This document shows, one piece after another, positions 47,526 to 58,484 of a DNA stretch of 64,000 bases (its first letter is position 1; the number at the start of each line of letters is the position of its first letter). This DNA comes from an uncultured Methanosarcinales archaeon. Lineage in GTDB: Archaea; Nanobdellota; Nanobdellia; Woesearchaeales; ARS49. Position numbers and translations under genes: made by a program. The stretch lies in the NCBI GenBank assembly GCA_964637115.1, contig CAZWVL010000002.1, forward strand, positions 64,001 through 128,000. The letters run 5' to 3'. The notes under the pieces were generated by a model. It saw only the letters and a list, made by a program, of their open reading frames with translations, was not told the DNA's origin and searched no databases.

Positions 47526-48140
47526 CTAAAGTTCATCTTCAGATGATGCTTCTGCTGTTTCAGTTTCCCTTCTGATGACCTTCACAGCATCCATCTTGAC
47601 AGTAATCGGAATTGGTACAGCTGCACCAAGAAGCTCGACAACGACTTCTTCTTTTGTCTTGTCAATTCTTGTAACCTTGGCCTGCTCGCGCTTGAACGGA
47701 CCTGAAATAATCTCAACAATGTCGCTCTTGCGAATATCAACCTCGCGCTTAACTTGTTCAAGCATGTGCTCAATTTCCGAGTAATTAATTTCCTTCGGCA
47801 AAATGCCTCTGGCATATGGAACGTTAAAAGCAGCCTGCTCTGCAGACTGCCTGTCAGCAGCTTCTACGAAAATATAGCCGCGCATACCGTGCGGACGGAT
47901 AACAGAGAAAACAGGAAGCTTCTTTTTCTTAACATTGCTTACTAAGAAATCCAAAACCTGATCTTCACGGTTGGCAGTTGTTCTTAATGCGAAAATGAGA
48001 GTTCCTAATTCTTCTTTCTTCGGAGCTTCAACTTTTTTTTCTTCGACAACTTCTGGCGCTTTAACTTCTTCAACTGCACCAGCAATCGTAGGAATACCTA
48101 CCGGCGCCTTTTGCTCTCCACCCTGCTCGTTTTCTTCCAT
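47526..48140 (-). CDS. spt5: Transcription elongation factor Spt5 (NusG)
   Basis: LRTTANRE, GYIFVEA, the KOW motif IVEIISGPFKREQAKVTRID and PIPITV. Confidence 0.95.
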   Translation of the reverse strand: MEENEQGGEQKAPVGIPTIAGAVEEVKAPEVVEEKKVEAPKKEELGTLIFALRTTANREDQVLDFLVSNVKKKKLPVFSVIRPHGMRGYIFVEAADRQSAEQAAFNVPYARGILPKEINYSEIEHMLEQVKREVDIRKSDIVEIISGPFKREQAKVTRIDKTKEEVVVELLGAAVPIPITVKMDAVKVIRRETETAEASSEDEL

Positions 48141-48200
48141 TTTTCAAATCTCCGAGAATAATGAGAGTGAAAAGTAGTCGGTTGTTTATAAAGTTTACGA

Positions 48201-48572
48201 TTAGAACAATATTTCCTTCAAGAAGTGAATGGCAAAGCCAATGACGCCAATAATCGCCATTCCAATGGCTGAAATTTTGACAATGGTAGTAAATTCCTGC
48301 TTGTCAGGCTTTTTGGTAACTCTAAGAACACGCTTGCATTCCATGGTAAAAGCTTTCAAACGGTCAAATTTGCCAGAGATTGGAGCTCCAATCTGCTTTG
48401 GCTGCTGTTCCAACTTCTTAGGAATTTCCTGCTGTGGCTCGGCTTTAACTGCCTCTTCAACAGACTCCTGAACATCATGCAACGGCTGCTCAGATTCTGC
48501 AACTTCAGATCTTTCCTCTATCTGAGAAATCTCTTCCTGAAGCTCTTCGTCCTTTTTCTGTTCGTCCTGCAT
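48201..48572 (-). CDS. secE: Protein translocase SecE/Sec61-gamma
   Basis: RVLRVTKKPDKQEF...IGMAIIGVIGFAI with an acidic N-terminal extension. Confidence 0.9.
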   Translation of the reverse strand: MQDEQKKDEELQEEISQIEERSEVAESEQPLHDVQESVEEAVKAEPQQEIPKKLEQQPKQIGAPISGKFDRLKAFTMECKRVLRVTKKPDKQEFTTIVKISAIGMAIIGVIGFAIHFLKEILF

Positions 48573-48598
48573 ACTAAGAATTTTCTATACGTGCTTTA

Positions 48599-49126
48599 TT
48601 AATCTTTCTTAGGCTTCAAGTTAAACTTGACAAAAATCTCCTCGTAAGACCGCATGTCAATCAGTTCATCTGCAGGCACCAATTTTCCTGAGAAATAAAG
48701 ATCCATCAAGCGTACAACACCAGGAACAAACCCCCTCAGGTGATTATGAGCATCATCCAAAGCTTCTTTGCCAAATTTAATAACTTTCTGCGCATCCTTT
48801 TCTTCTTTGGTCAAACCTTGCCATGACTCTCTTTCAGCCCCGCATATAAAATCAGGATTTTGATAACGCTTGTCATTCACCCAGACATCTGTCACAATTT
48901 TTCCATTCGAATATACGTTAACAATATCGCCCTCTTTTATCAGGGTCAGCCTAATTTCCTGAGGGTTACGTTCGTATTCAAAATTCGTGTCATTTATCGT
49001 GCTAGAGATCTCAAAATAACCGCGACCGGGGATGTGGCGGCGATAAAAAGAAACGTCGACATTCGGTATAATAATTCTTTTGCGCAGTTCGGATTCAACC
49101 CTATCATCCAGTTTGCTTGCCATCAT
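48599..49126 (-). CDS. Hypothetical protein
   Basis: 175-aa ORF between ftsZ1 and secE. Confidence 0.6.
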   Translation of the reverse strand: MMASKLDDRVESELRKRIIIPNVDVSFYRRHIPGRGYFEISSTINDTNFEYERNPQEIRLTLIKEGDIVNVYSNGKIVTDVWVNDKRYQNPDFICGAERESWQGLTKEEKDAQKVIKFGKEALDDAHNHLRGFVPGVVRLMDLYFSGKLVPADELIDMRSYEEIFVKFNLKPKKD

Positions 49127-49132
49127 AAGAAA

Positions 49133-50254
49133 TTAATCCACAAACTCAATGCCAAGCTCAGACTGCATCTCCTCTCTGGTTGCTTCAGAGAGTTTCTTGG
49201 TCTTGCCAAAGATTTGTGGAGACTTCACCCCAGTCACTATCAACATAACTCTAAGCATACTGCCCAAGTCCTCATAAATCTGCGCGCCCCAAATGATTTT
49301 TGCATCTTCTGATAATCTTTCAGAAATGGTTTCAACAACCCTTCTTGCCTCGTTCAAAGTAAGATCTTTGCTTCCAGCAACATTAATCAACGCGCCAGTT
49401 GCACCAGTAATGTCAACATCCAATAATGGATTGTTGATTGCCTTTTCAACAGCCTCTGTTGCCCTGTTTTCAGAATCACTTTCACCAACACCAATCAATG
49501 CAACACCACCGTTGCTCATGACTGCACGGATGTCTGCAAAGTCCAAGTTAACAAGACCTGCTTTAGTTACTAATTCTGCGATGCCCTTCACTGCATTAGT
49601 CAAGATTTCATCTGCAACCTTGAACGCAGTGTGCAAGGGCAGGTCAGGAGCAAGCTCCAGCAACTTGTCATTAGGGATAACGATGAGCGTGTCAACATAC
49701 TGCTGCAATTTTTCCAAGCCGATAACCGCGTTCTCATATCTCCTGTTGCCTTCCATCGTAAACGGCATCGTAACAATTCCAACAGTCAGGGCACCCATCT
49801 TCTTGGCAGTTTCTGCAACAACGGGAGCAGAACCAGTACCGGTGCCACCACCCATACCACATGTGATGAACACCATATCAGCATCAGCAAGAGCAGTCTT
49901 CAAATCGTGTTCGTTCTCTCTGGCTGCTTCCTCGCCAACTCTTGGATCAGAGCCTGCGCCAAGACCTTTTGTAACTTCACGGCCAATCAAGATTTTCTTG
50001 TCAGCATTAGTATAAAGAAGATCTTGCGCATCAGTGTTAACTGCAACAGTTTCTGCGCCTTGAACGCCAACCTCAGTAATTCTGTTAATGGTATTATTAC
50101 CACCACCGCCACAGCCAACCACCTTTATGCTTGCTCTTTGCTTGGAAAGAAGCTCTTCAAGTTCTGTGTCAAGAGGGTGGGCACTATTTCTTTTCTGCGT
50201 CAGCTTCGGATCGTTAGAATTTTGCTGAGTTTGTGGCGGTTTTATGAAATCCAT
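49133..50254 (-). CDS. ftsZ1: Cell division protein FtsZ (FtsZ1 clade)
   Basis: [28 protein letters not shown] and VNLDFAD. It lies upstream of secE-spt5-rpl11. Confidence 0.96.
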   Translation of the reverse strand: MDFIKPPQTQQNSNDPKLTQKRNSAHPLDTELEELLSKQRASIKVVGCGGGGNNTINRITEVGVQGAETVAVNTDAQDLLYTNADKKILIGREVTKGLGAGSDPRVGEEAARENEHDLKTALADADMVFITCGMGGGTGTGSAPVVAETAKKMGALTVGIVTMPFTMEGNRRYENAVIGLEKLQQYVDTLIVIPNDKLLELAPDLPLHTAFKVADEILTNAVKGIAELVTKAGLVNLDFADIRAVMSNGGVALIGVGESDSENRATEAVEKAINNPLLDVDITGATGALINVAGSKDLTLNEARRVVETISERLSEDAKIIWGAQIYEDLGSMLRVMLIVTGVKSPQIFGKTKKLSEATREEMQSELGIEFVD

Positions 50255-50322
50255 AGTTCCCCTTTACCTAAAATTTTGCAGACTGAAGAACTATTTAAGC
50301 ATTATGAGGCAAGAGAATATAT

Positions 50323-50964
50323 TTACTTCTTTGCAGAGAATTCTGCTTCAAGACTTGTCAGTTCAGCAATTTTTTTTGCTAATTCCTTGCTGATTGGCTC
50401 TGGCAGTTCAGACGGGAAAGTGATAATCGCTTTCTTTTCCTTCAATTCAACAGGCACTTTGAGGCCAAGAAGGACTTTCAATAAAGCTTCAACCTGTGCT
50501 TTCTTTTCAGTTACAATCCTGTTGGCCTTCAAATCATACGAAACATCCCTGCCGGCAAGAGGATGGTTAAAATCAACAACAGTCCTGCCGCCACTGACAG
50601 TCTTCACAATGCCAACATAATTGTCAATGTTCAACCTCAAGCCAGGCACTGGCTTAATGCCCTGTTCAGTGAACTTGCTAGTAGGAACCATAGTGACTAA
50701 TTTAGGATTCTTGGCACCAAATGCCTTTGCCGCCGGTAAGTCTAAAGTGTACTTGCCCGGCTCCTTGCCTTCCAAAAACTCATCAATGCCCTTCAGGATT
50801 TGGTGCTCTCCAATGCAAATAATGACTGGAGAATATTCGCCTTTTTCAGAGAAAATCTGAGCTTCTTTTGCAGTATTAACATCAGTAGTATCAAACACTT
50901 CGTTAGTATCTTTCAAACGACCCGTGTATTCAATTTCCACAAAATCGTGCTTTTTGATAGGCAT
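50323..50964 (-). CDS. FKBP-type peptidyl-prolyl isomerase (SlyD-like, long archaeal type)
   Basis: DFVEIEYTGRL...FDTT and VDFNHPLAG. Confidence 0.92.
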   Translation of the reverse strand: MPIKKHDFVEIEYTGRLKDTNEVFDTTDVNTAKEAQIFSEKGEYSPVIICIGEHQILKGIDEFLEGKEPGKYTLDLPAAKAFGAKNPKLVTMVPTSKFTEQGIKPVPGLRLNIDNYVGIVKTVSGGRTVVDFNHPLAGRDVSYDLKANRIVTEKKAQVEALLKVLLGLKVPVELKEKKAIITFPSELPEPISKELAKKIAELTSLEAEFSAKK

Positions 50965-51038
50965 GCCGAGAGGGGACTAGAGATTGTTTAAAAAACTTAC
51001 TCTGGGAAAAGTTAAATGACAGTGTGCCGCAGTTCAGC

Positions 51039-51081
51039 TCAGTTTTTCTCTCCCCCACAAGTGCGGGGAGAGAAAAACTGA
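51039..51081. repeat. Perfect 17-bp inverted repeat in a divergent intergenic region
   Basis: TCAGTTTTTCTCTCCCC (51039-51055) pairs with GGGGAGAGAAAAACTGA (51065-51081). Confidence 0.9.
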
Positions 51082-51171
51082 CATTGTGCTTAGTACGAGG
51101 CGCGCGGCCATTAATTTCTCATTATTGCCCTCTGCAAAAGCTTTTTATATAGAGATACATAAACAATCCGC

Positions 51172-51660
51172 ATGAAAAGAGGTCAGCTGAAGGCAATTAT
51201 CATTATCCTTCTTATCATTGGCGTTGTTGTGAGCTTTCTAATGTTTTCACAAAAACAAGCAGGAAAAGCAGTATATCAAGAAATCCCTTCAGTGTATGAA
51301 GAAAAACCTGTAGAACAAATAATTTACAAAGTTCCGGAAGCACCTGCTCCGAAAAAGCCTGCTCCAGAAATACCTGTTCCCGTGGCAACAATACAACCAC
51401 CGGCAGCACCAAAACCTTGCATTGCAACATTTGATGCTGTCTCTTGCCACGCAGCAACAGCGCTTGCAATGAAAAAATGCCCGTCAAATTACAAGTGCAA
51501 GACAACATCAATATGGGTGGCAGCGGAAGGATGCGGAATAGAAGTAACGTGCACTCCGCCAACCAGCGGCATCAAACAACCAGAATATCCGAGAGAAGGA
51601 GAAAAACTGCCATACGCAGCAGGATACTACCGCCAGCCGGCATCAAGCGGATATTCATAG
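51172..51660 (+). CDS. Anchored protein with a class III signal-like N-terminus, Pro-rich linker and Cys domain
   Basis: MKRG|QLKAIIIILLIIG, then PAPKKPAPE and six Cys. Confidence 0.65.
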   Translation: MKRGQLKAIIIILLIIGVVVSFLMFSQKQAGKAVYQEIPSVYEEKPVEQIIYKVPEAPAPKKPAPEIPVPVATIQPPAAPKPCIATFDAVSCHAATALAMKKCPSNYKCKTTSIWVAAEGCGIEVTCTPPTSGIKQPEYPREGEKLPYAAGYYRQPASSGYS

Positions 51661-52194
51661 TTTAGATTTGATAAAGTTAAGAACTTTCTGGACAGACTGT
51701 TCAATCGTCATTCCGGTTGTATCTAGAGCAAAGTCGTAGTTTTTTTCATCTGAAATGTCAACAGAATACCATTTCTTGTAACGTTCAACATCATCTTTCC
51801 ACCTTTTTATAACAGCATTCAGCATGCCTTCAACAGTCTTTTGATGCTTTTCATCTGGACGCTGGTTGGCAAAAATACGCTCCGCAGCTTTTTTCATATC
51901 ACACGCCAGAAAGATTTTGACAGAATTGGGAATGAAATGCCATGCTGTCCTGCTGTCCATCACAAAATCATCTTGGGTCTTTCCAAAATGTTCAACCTTC
52001 TTATCAATTTCCTTATCAGTCCAATCTTCTTTCTTGCCAATTTCATTCAACTGGTCAATCGTCAAGCCGCGCTCCATGGCAAGCTGGCCGCGCATGTCAC
52101 CACCAGAATAATGCTTGTAGCCAAGCTTTTTTGCCAAAGCCTTTGCCAGAGTTGTCTTGCCAGAACCAGGAGTTCCGTTAATGGTAATAATCAT
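51655..52194 (-). CDS. cmk: Cytidylate kinase (archaeal type)
   Basis: ITINGTPGSGKTT, DKEID, RYKKWYSVDISD and YDFALDT. Confidence 0.9.
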   Translation of the reverse strand: MIITINGTPGSGKTTLAKALAKKLGYKHYSGGDMRGQLAMERGLTIDQLNEIGKKEDWTDKEIDKKVEHFGKTQDDFVMDSRTAWHFIPNSVKIFLACDMKKAAERIFANQRPDEKHQKTVEGMLNAVIKRWKDDVERYKKWYSVDISDEKNYDFALDTTGMTIEQSVQKVLNFIKSKL

Positions 52195-52544
52195 ACTTGA
52201 ATAACACCCATGGCGTACAAAAATTTTTCTCGCATACGCGCCAACGTTTCGGGAGGATATTGCGACAACTTTATAGGTGAAAAAAATGAATAAATCGCTT
52301 CCGCATCATCTTTCCATGTCGAAAGTCTGTGCTGTTTTCTTTTTGTTTGTATGCTTGGCACGAGTTTGTCAATAGCGGGCATTAGTTCGTCAATAGATGA
52401 AATGACTCTTTGTGCAAGATTAATAACCGGCTGCCCTGGTGCAAACTCACCAATGGCGTGCGCACGCTCCACTTTTTCACATTCTGAATTCATCTGCTGG
52501 TATAATTGATGCACTTCAGCAACATATGTCTTCACGCTGTCCAT
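52191..52544 (-). CDS. Hypothetical helical protein
   Basis: 117 aa, translationally coupled to cmk. Confidence 0.55.
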   Translation of the reverse strand: MDSVKTYVAEVHQLYQQMNSECEKVERAHAIGEFAPGQPVINLAQRVISSIDELMPAIDKLVPSIQTKRKQHRLSTWKDDAEAIYSFFSPIKLSQYPPETLARMREKFLYAMGVIQV

Positions 52545-52649
52545 CTTTTCTGAGCACAGTCCATTTGGATATAAAAAGTTATGTTATAGAGCATTATATG
52601 GCAAACTTTTTAAATGAGTGCTTAGATTTGTATATGGGAGTGAAGAACT

Positions 52650-53429
52650 ATGGAAAAAACTGAGCCTGTTGCTGAACAGACATGTGGTCACTTTGTTGAA
52701 GGCGATGATATATCAAAGTTCTGCTACTTAACCGGTGATAAAAACAAGGCGCATCAGGGAGATTTGGCAGTGGTTCCAGCGTTCATGCTTGACTTCTATG
52801 CAAAACGAGCTTCCGATGAACATCCTCAAAGGGAAGGACTTCAGTTTATCACACTAAACACTCATTTCCACGATATCATACGCAAAGGTGAAAAGTTCAA
52901 AATAAGCCACGCCGGAATAGGCACGAATGATGGCAACATGGTATGTTATTTTGAAATCCGCAAAATCGGCGATGAAGACCCAGCAAAAAAACCAGTAGCC
53001 GCAGTCGAAGTCGAATATGGCAAAATGCTTCCTTCACCGGCAGCAGTCCGCTACGATAACCGCGGTAACCCAAGCACACAGAAAACACACTCCTATACTC
53101 TTGATCTGAACCAACTGCAAGAAGTCAAAGAAGTACTCAAATTACCTCGAACTGCAGATTTAGAGTCACGTCTTATAACGGCCGTCAGCTTAAGTGCCAA
53201 TGCACTTCTCGCGGGCTTTGATGAAAGTTCGGGCAAACAACCCTTTTTCGGTGGCCACAAGCTAACAGTTTATGATGGATTCGATGCCGCGCTTGCAGAA
53301 AGTGAAATTTTACTCACCGTCAGAGCAGACAAAAAACCACAAAACGCTCCACCTGTCTATGTCCGCGGAGAAAGCAAGAATGGTAGGCGAATCTTCGACC
53401 TTCAAGCAACCATCTTTTATGCAGCCTAA
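52650..53429 (+). CDS. Putative MaoC-like hot-dog fold protein
   Basis: [17 protein letters not shown] resembles the MaoC hydratase motif F..L(S/T)GD.NP.H, followed by [11 protein letters not shown]. The length fits a double hot-dog. Confidence 0.5.
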   Translation: MEKTEPVAEQTCGHFVEGDDISKFCYLTGDKNKAHQGDLAVVPAFMLDFYAKRASDEHPQREGLQFITLNTHFHDIIRKGEKFKISHAGIGTNDGNMVCYFEIRKIGDEDPAKKPVAAVEVEYGKMLPSPAAVRYDNRGNPSTQKTHSYTLDLNQLQEVKEVLKLPRTADLESRLITAVSLSANALLAGFDESSGKQPFFGGHKLTVYDGFDAALAESEILLTVRADKKPQNAPPVYVRGESKNGRRIFDLQATIFYAA

Positions 53430-53485
53430 ACGGCGCAAGCTATTTAAATAAGCTCTCATCTCAAAATCTCAATCTGGGGGTTATT

Positions 53486-55117
53486 ATGTCAAATCGAGAA
53501 ATACAACCTATATTCATATTGCCGGAAGGCACACAGCGAACTACTGGCAGGAATGCACAACGCAACAACATAATGGCAGCAAAACTCGTTGCTGAGACTG
53601 TCAGAACAACACTAGGTCCAAAAGGAATGGACAAGATGATAGTTGACAGCATGGGCGACATTACTATCACAAATGACGGTGTAACGATTCTCGAAGAAAT
53701 GCAGGTAGAACATCCAGCAGCCAAGATGATTGTAGAAGTTGCAAAAACACAGGAAGCAGAAGTAGGAGATGGAACGACGACAGCTGTTGTAATTGCAGGC
53801 GAATTATTGAGAAGAGCAGAAGAACTACTTGACCTGAATGTACACCCGACTGTTGTCGCACGCGGCTACAGGATGGCAGAAGAAAAAGCGCAGGAAATAT
53901 TGAATAAAATTGCTGAAAACGTCAAACCAGAAAATATTGATATACTCCAAAAGATAGCCGTGACTGCATTAACAGGCAAGGGAGCAGAAAGCGCAAAAGA
54001 AAAACTTTCAGTACTTGCAGTAACTGCAGTAAAAAACGTATCAGAATACTTGAATGGAGCGTTCCATTTTGACAAAGAAAACATCAAGCTTGAAAAAAGA
54101 ACCGGCGGATCTGTAGAAGACACGGAGCTCATTCAAGGCATCTTACTAGAGAAAGAAGCAGTGCACCCAGGAATGCCTAAAATTATTAAGAATCCAAAAA
54201 TAGCATTACTAGACTCTGCGCTTGAAATCAAGGACACGGAAATTGATGCCAAGATTGAAATAACAAACCCGTTGCAAATGCAGGAGTTCCTCCAGCAGGA
54301 AGAAAAAATGCTTTCTGACATGGTTGACAAGATAGTAGCATCAGGAGCGAACGCAGTCTTCTGCCAAAAAGGCATAGATGACGTGGCACAGCATTTCCTT
54401 GCGAAAAAAGGAATCTATGCAGCAAGACGCGTCAAGAAATCAGACATGGAAGCACTTGCACGCGCAACAGGAGCACGTATAGTAACTTCATTGCGCGACT
54501 TAAGCTCAAAAGACCTTGGAACAGCAGGCGTAATCGAAGAAAAGAAAATAGGCGCGGACGAAATGACCTGCGTAACAGGATGCAAGAATCCAAAAGCAGT
54601 CACGATATTAGTCAGAGGCGGAACGGAACACGTTGTAGATGAAGCAAAACGCGCGCTTACTGACGCCATTGGAGACGTTGCAGCAGCACTAAAGAACGGC
54701 AAAGTAGTTGCAGGAGCAGGAGCGTCAGAAATCGAAGTTGCCAAAGAACTGCGCAAATACGCAGACGGACTTGAAGGCAGAGAACAGCTTGCAGTAATGG
54801 CATTTGCAGAAGCACTTGAAGTCATACCAAGAACACTTGCAGAAAATGCAGGAATGGACCCAATCAACATTTTAGTGGAGCTGAAAGCAGCCCACGACAA
54901 AAAGCAAATCTGGGCAGGCATAGACGTGTTCAAGGGAAAAGTTGTGGATGCGTGGAGAGCCGGCGTCATAGAGCCATTAAAGATAAAGACACAGGCATTA
55001 AGCTCAGCATCAGAAGTTGCACAAATGATTTTGCGCATCGACGATGTCATCGCTGGCGGAAAAGCACCGCCACCGCAAATGCCACCCGGCATGGGCGGAC
55101 ACGGAATGGAATTCTAA
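53486..55117 (+). CDS. ths: Thermosome subunit (group II chaperonin)
   Basis: [26 protein letters not shown] and a C-terminal MPPGMGG. Confidence 0.97.
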   Translation: MSNREIQPIFILPEGTQRTTGRNAQRNNIMAAKLVAETVRTTLGPKGMDKMIVDSMGDITITNDGVTILEEMQVEHPAAKMIVEVAKTQEAEVGDGTTTAVVIAGELLRRAEELLDLNVHPTVVARGYRMAEEKAQEILNKIAENVKPENIDILQKIAVTALTGKGAESAKEKLSVLAVTAVKNVSEYLNGAFHFDKENIKLEKRTGGSVEDTELIQGILLEKEAVHPGMPKIIKNPKIALLDSALEIKDTEIDAKIEITNPLQMQEFLQQEEKMLSDMVDKIVASGANAVFCQKGIDDVAQHFLAKKGIYAARRVKKSDMEALARATGARIVTSLRDLSSKDLGTAGVIEEKKIGADEMTCVTGCKNPKAVTILVRGGTEHVVDEAKRALTDAIGDVAAALKNGKVVAGAGASEIEVAKELRKYADGLEGREQLAVMAFAEALEVIPRTLAENAGMDPINILVELKAAHDKKQIWAGIDVFKGKVVDAWRAGVIEPLKIKTQALSSASEVAQMILRIDDVIAGGKAPPPQMPPGMGGHGMEF

Positions 55118-55905
55118 CGTTTCAGCTCGTCATACTGGTATGAAACAACAGAAGTGAACTGCTTAATAGGCATCGGCTTCTTGAAAAAATTCCAATTCTG
55201 CCCGTGCTCTGTTTTAGTCACGTAAGACTTAATCGGAGGATGAGTCTTCTTCTGAGGAAACATTCCAGCCAAAAATCTGAAAATATCCATTTCTTCACTA
55301 GCACATCCTGCAACAACATATGGAGGATCTTCATCTGAAACGCCAAGCTTGCGCAGCATCAAATACGCCCGCTTTCTGCCAGCAGATAAACACATTTCAA
55401 CACTCCTGTCGAAATAACTATCCGTCCAGAAAGAAAACGCGTGCAACTGATAAGGACGCCACAAAGGCACATTCTGGATGAGAACACCATTTGTTTCACG
55501 AGAAGGGCCTTGCTTTTTCTTATACACTCTGGCCATTTCGAAAGTAAACGTCTTGGTGCTGATACGATCAACGTCTGGAAGCTTCCGCTCAGAAGCACTT
55601 CCCGCCTCGACAGGCAGGTAACGATTATCAAACAAATTCAACACTCTTTCAGGCAAATTGCCGCTTCCCTTGACATCAGCTCCAACCAGATTATACGGCA
55701 CGTTTTCGGAGGAATCATCATGCGGAAACTTTTCAAGCTCAAGCCAAGAATTTCCAAGCGCCAGCCACAAAATATCATCGCGGTACGTCTGCAAACTGTC
55801 AAAGAAAGGATCAGCCTGCTCAGGCCTAAACAACGTCGCCTCTATATTCAACCTCGCCTCTGTATTCAGCCTCATTTTTGTCTTCACTTGCGCAGACGAA
55901 ACCAA
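55114..55905 (-). CDS. Hypothetical protein
   Basis: 263-aa ORF; no motif recognised. Confidence 0.6.
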   Translation of the reverse strand: MVSSAQVKTKMRLNTEARLNIEATLFRPEQADPFFDSLQTYRDDILWLALGNSWLELEKFPHDDSSENVPYNLVGADVKGSGNLPERVLNLFDNRYLPVEAGSASERKLPDVDRISTKTFTFEMARVYKKKQGPSRETNGVLIQNVPLWRPYQLHAFSFWTDSYFDRSVEMCLSAGRKRAYLMLRKLGVSDEDPPYVVAGCASEEMDIFRFLAGMFPQKKTHPPIKSYVTKTEHGQNWNFFKKPMPIKQFTSVVSYQYDELKR

Positions 55906-55967
55906 CCGCTCCTTTAAAAGCGTTTTGATTCACAGCCTTTTTATAGTCGACAGGCAGTTTTGAGAAA

Positions 55968-56498
55968 ATGCGCTCGGTTATCAAAGGAAAAAGAGTGACA
56001 TTGCGGAAGCCGCGGATGAAAGATGCTGATAAGATAACTGAATACTGTCAAGATAAAACACTGTACAAGTATACGCTACGGCTTCCCTGGCCTTACAAGC
56101 GGAAACACGCAATTTCGTACCTTAAAGATTGCGCAAAAAAATGGAAAACAAAGAAAGGATATGCTTATATTATTGAATTCGAAGGCCAGCCAATCGGCAT
56201 GGTAGACTTGCGACCTGAAGAAGGAGACAAAGCATCATTCGGCTACTGGATAGCACATCCGTACTGGGGTAAAGGATTCGCGACAGAAGCGACAAAATTA
56301 GTCATGAAAGAAGGATTCAAAACACTCAAACTTCACAGAATATATTCAATGCATAATCCAAAAAATCCAGCCAGCGGGCGCGTGATGGAAAAACTCGGAA
56401 TGAAATATGAAGGATTGCTTCGAGAGCACGACAAGAAAGGCAAAAAGTATATTGATTCGGTCTATCGTGGAATTCTAAGGCGGGAGTTTAAGGGGTAG
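55968..56498 (+). CDS. RimJ/RimL-type GNAT N-acetyltransferase
   Basis: GYWIAHPYWGKGFATEA and NPASGRVMEKLGMKYEG. Confidence 0.92.
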   Translation: MRSVIKGKRVTLRKPRMKDADKITEYCQDKTLYKYTLRLPWPYKRKHAISYLKDCAKKWKTKKGYAYIIEFEGQPIGMVDLRPEEGDKASFGYWIAHPYWGKGFATEATKLVMKEGFKTLKLHRIYSMHNPKNPASGRVMEKLGMKYEGLLREHDKKGKKYIDSVYRGILRREFKG

Positions 56499-56556
56499 AA
56501 ATCTTTATATACCAACTTGCCTCTTTTTCCAACATATAGATAAAAAAGGTGATTAT

Positions 56557-57084
56557 ATGGCAGACGATGAAACTCCTTCAGAAGACGAATACGAACTTCT
56601 TCCGCACAAAGAAATAGAAGACTTGAAAGAAGAACTCTCAAAGCTAAAGGAATTTGAGATAGCACCAAGCAAGAAAATGCAAGTTAGTTTGCTTGAGCTC
56701 AACACCAAACTTGACAAATTGCTTACCATCTTTGAAGATGCAACGCACGAAATGAGAATAGAAGAAGGCGGATTAAGCTTTACAGAAAAAATGAAGCCAC
56801 TTCTTGAAAAAATGAACAAGATTCTGGAACAGAATTCGGAAATTGCAAGCGGCATATTGGCACTTGCAGATATGGTGAAAGAAGTAAAAGAAACAAAAGA
56901 AGCGCCAAGAATGGAAGCGCCGCCATCTTTTGCGCCAGAAGCACCAATGCCGCCAATGCCACCAATGGGAATGGAAGCACCAAGGCCACCAATGATGGCG
57001 CCGCCGCGCGGACCAATGCCGCCAGGAGTTCCGCCAGGAATTCCGCTGCCTCCAATGCCAAGACGGAGAACATTCGGGCTATGA
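56557..57084 (+). CDS. Coiled-coil protein with a Pro/Met-rich C-terminal tail
   Basis: GGTGA SD upstream; EYELLPHKEIEDLKEEL and a PPM-rich tail. Confidence 0.7.
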   Translation: MADDETPSEDEYELLPHKEIEDLKEELSKLKEFEIAPSKKMQVSLLELNTKLDKLLTIFEDATHEMRIEEGGLSFTEKMKPLLEKMNKILEQNSEIASGILALADMVKEVKETKEAPRMEAPPSFAPEAPMPPMPPMGMEAPRPPMMAPPRGPMPPGVPPGIPLPPMPRRRTFGL

Positions 57085-57620
57085 GCCTGCCGTTAGACAC
57101 CGGCGACCAATTAATTGACCGGACAAAAAGCGCGATGTACCTTTACTATTTAGCACGCGCGATGCACAGAGTAGATGGAAGAGAGCTGGCACGCAAAAAA
57201 GTGGAGCTTTCAATAAAGCAACTGAAGAAAATAAGCACGAAAGATTTGCATTCTCACATCGAAGAACTTGAAGGACACATAACAGAAGCAATACACAGAG
57301 AAAAGCAGATACAAGGACACCAGAAAGGAGAAGAATCAGTCCACGGAGAGCTTACGCACAAGATTGTAAAGCTCGAAAAAAAATTAGGACGTTATCTTGA
57401 AACACAAGAAGAGCGCAAGACCAGAATACAAGAGCTTGAAAACAAGATTAAGAGCAAATTTGAGTCAAAAAAAGAAAGAATTGAGATTTTTAAGAAGGAT
57501 CTGCAAAAGCTGCTGAAACTTTACCACGGAGCAAAAAGAGCAAAAGCGTCAAAAGAACAATTATTATCCATTGCACGACGAATGGAGCAAGTGAAGTGCA
57601 GGATTGCGGTTCTAAAGTAA
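57081..57620 (+). CDS. Basic coiled-coil hypothetical protein
   Basis: 179 aa with an ATGA overlap with the previous gene. Confidence 0.65.
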   Translation: MSLPLDTGDQLIDRTKSAMYLYYLARAMHRVDGRELARKKVELSIKQLKKISTKDLHSHIEELEGHITEAIHREKQIQGHQKGEESVHGELTHKIVKLEKKLGRYLETQEERKTRIQELENKIKSKFESKKERIEIFKKDLQKLLKLYHGAKRAKASKEQLLSIARRMEQVKCRIAVLK

Positions 57621-57695
57621 TCCCTCATTAGTAGTTACATTAGAAACCTTTATAAATGCAGTGTTCTTAGTCCTATTAGGGGAATTTTAATAAAC

Positions 57696-58484
57696 ATGAA
57701 AGATATGCTTGTTGATATGGGGGAGTTTATTTGGAGTCCTAGTAATGGCATTGACGTATCAAGCCACGGCAGGCCACCCTACAAACTTTTCAGCCCTTTT
57801 TCTCATAATCCAGAATACCAAATACCAGTTCCTGGAAGCGAATACCTCCGAGCAGATTCCGTAGAAGGCATATGGCAGGGACTGAAAATTCTCAATGGCA
57901 CAACTGATACTTCTCTTTTCACAGGCAGGCCGCAAAAGAGAAAAGGAACACCAGACGGGCATATTTATGGAAAAGAAGTTCTAAACTGCGTTGATGCCAG
58001 AAAAAATATTTACGTTCCGGCATATATTTATCACGCAATCAATAACGCCCTGCCAAAAGCTTGGCCAAGTCTTGAGCGCATGCTAAAAGACGGCTGTGTT
58101 GTTCTGCACGATATCGAAAAAAACGGGTCAATAGAAAATTCCACACGCTCACTTGCACATTCCGCCATTCTTGTTGAACTTCTAAATGTGATTAAAGGCG
58201 CGCCAATTCCGAAAACAGATGCCGGCCATCCAAATCCAACAGCTTTCCGATATCTTCACGAACAAGTTGATGCATTGGCGGATTACAGGAAAAACCTTCC
58301 AGCAGACAAAAAACGTTTGTTGGACGAAGTAGTCACGTTTGCCTATCTATTCTCACCAAGCGAGCACAAACAGACATTTGCACTTCGTATGATAAAAGCA
58401 GCAGATATACATACAGAGCGACTTGAAAGATACAAGCCAACAGAACGGACTAAAACACCTTATCAAGATTGCTTACGGCGCTGA
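57696..58484 (+). CDS. DUF6939-type protein, NADAR-like
   Basis: DVSSHGRPPYKLFSPF, IPVP, SVEGIWQGLK, GH and ARKNIYVPAY. FSPF and S.E..WQ..K parallel the NADAR motifs (L/F)SNF and S.E.(Y/F)QA.K. Confidence 0.65.
   Translation: MKDMLVDMGEFIWSPSNGIDVSSHGRPPYKLFSPFSHNPEYQIPVPGSEYLRADSVEGIWQGLKILNGTTDTSLFTGRPQKRKGTPDGHIYGKEVLNCVDARKNIYVPAYIYHAINNALPKAWPSLERMLKDGCVVLHDIEKNGSIENSTRSLAHSAILVELLNVIKGAPIPKTDAGHPNPTAFRYLHEQVDALADYRKNLPADKKRLLDEVVTFAYLFSPSEHKQTFALRMIKAADIHTERLERYKPTERTKTPYQDCLRR

Noticed and set aside
49293-55092. Long antisense ORFs opposite ftsZ1 (240 aa, 329 aa) and the thermosome (225 aa)
   Set aside because: They fully overlap highly conserved genes on the other strand, have Ser/Ala/Thr-biased shadow composition and show no motifs.
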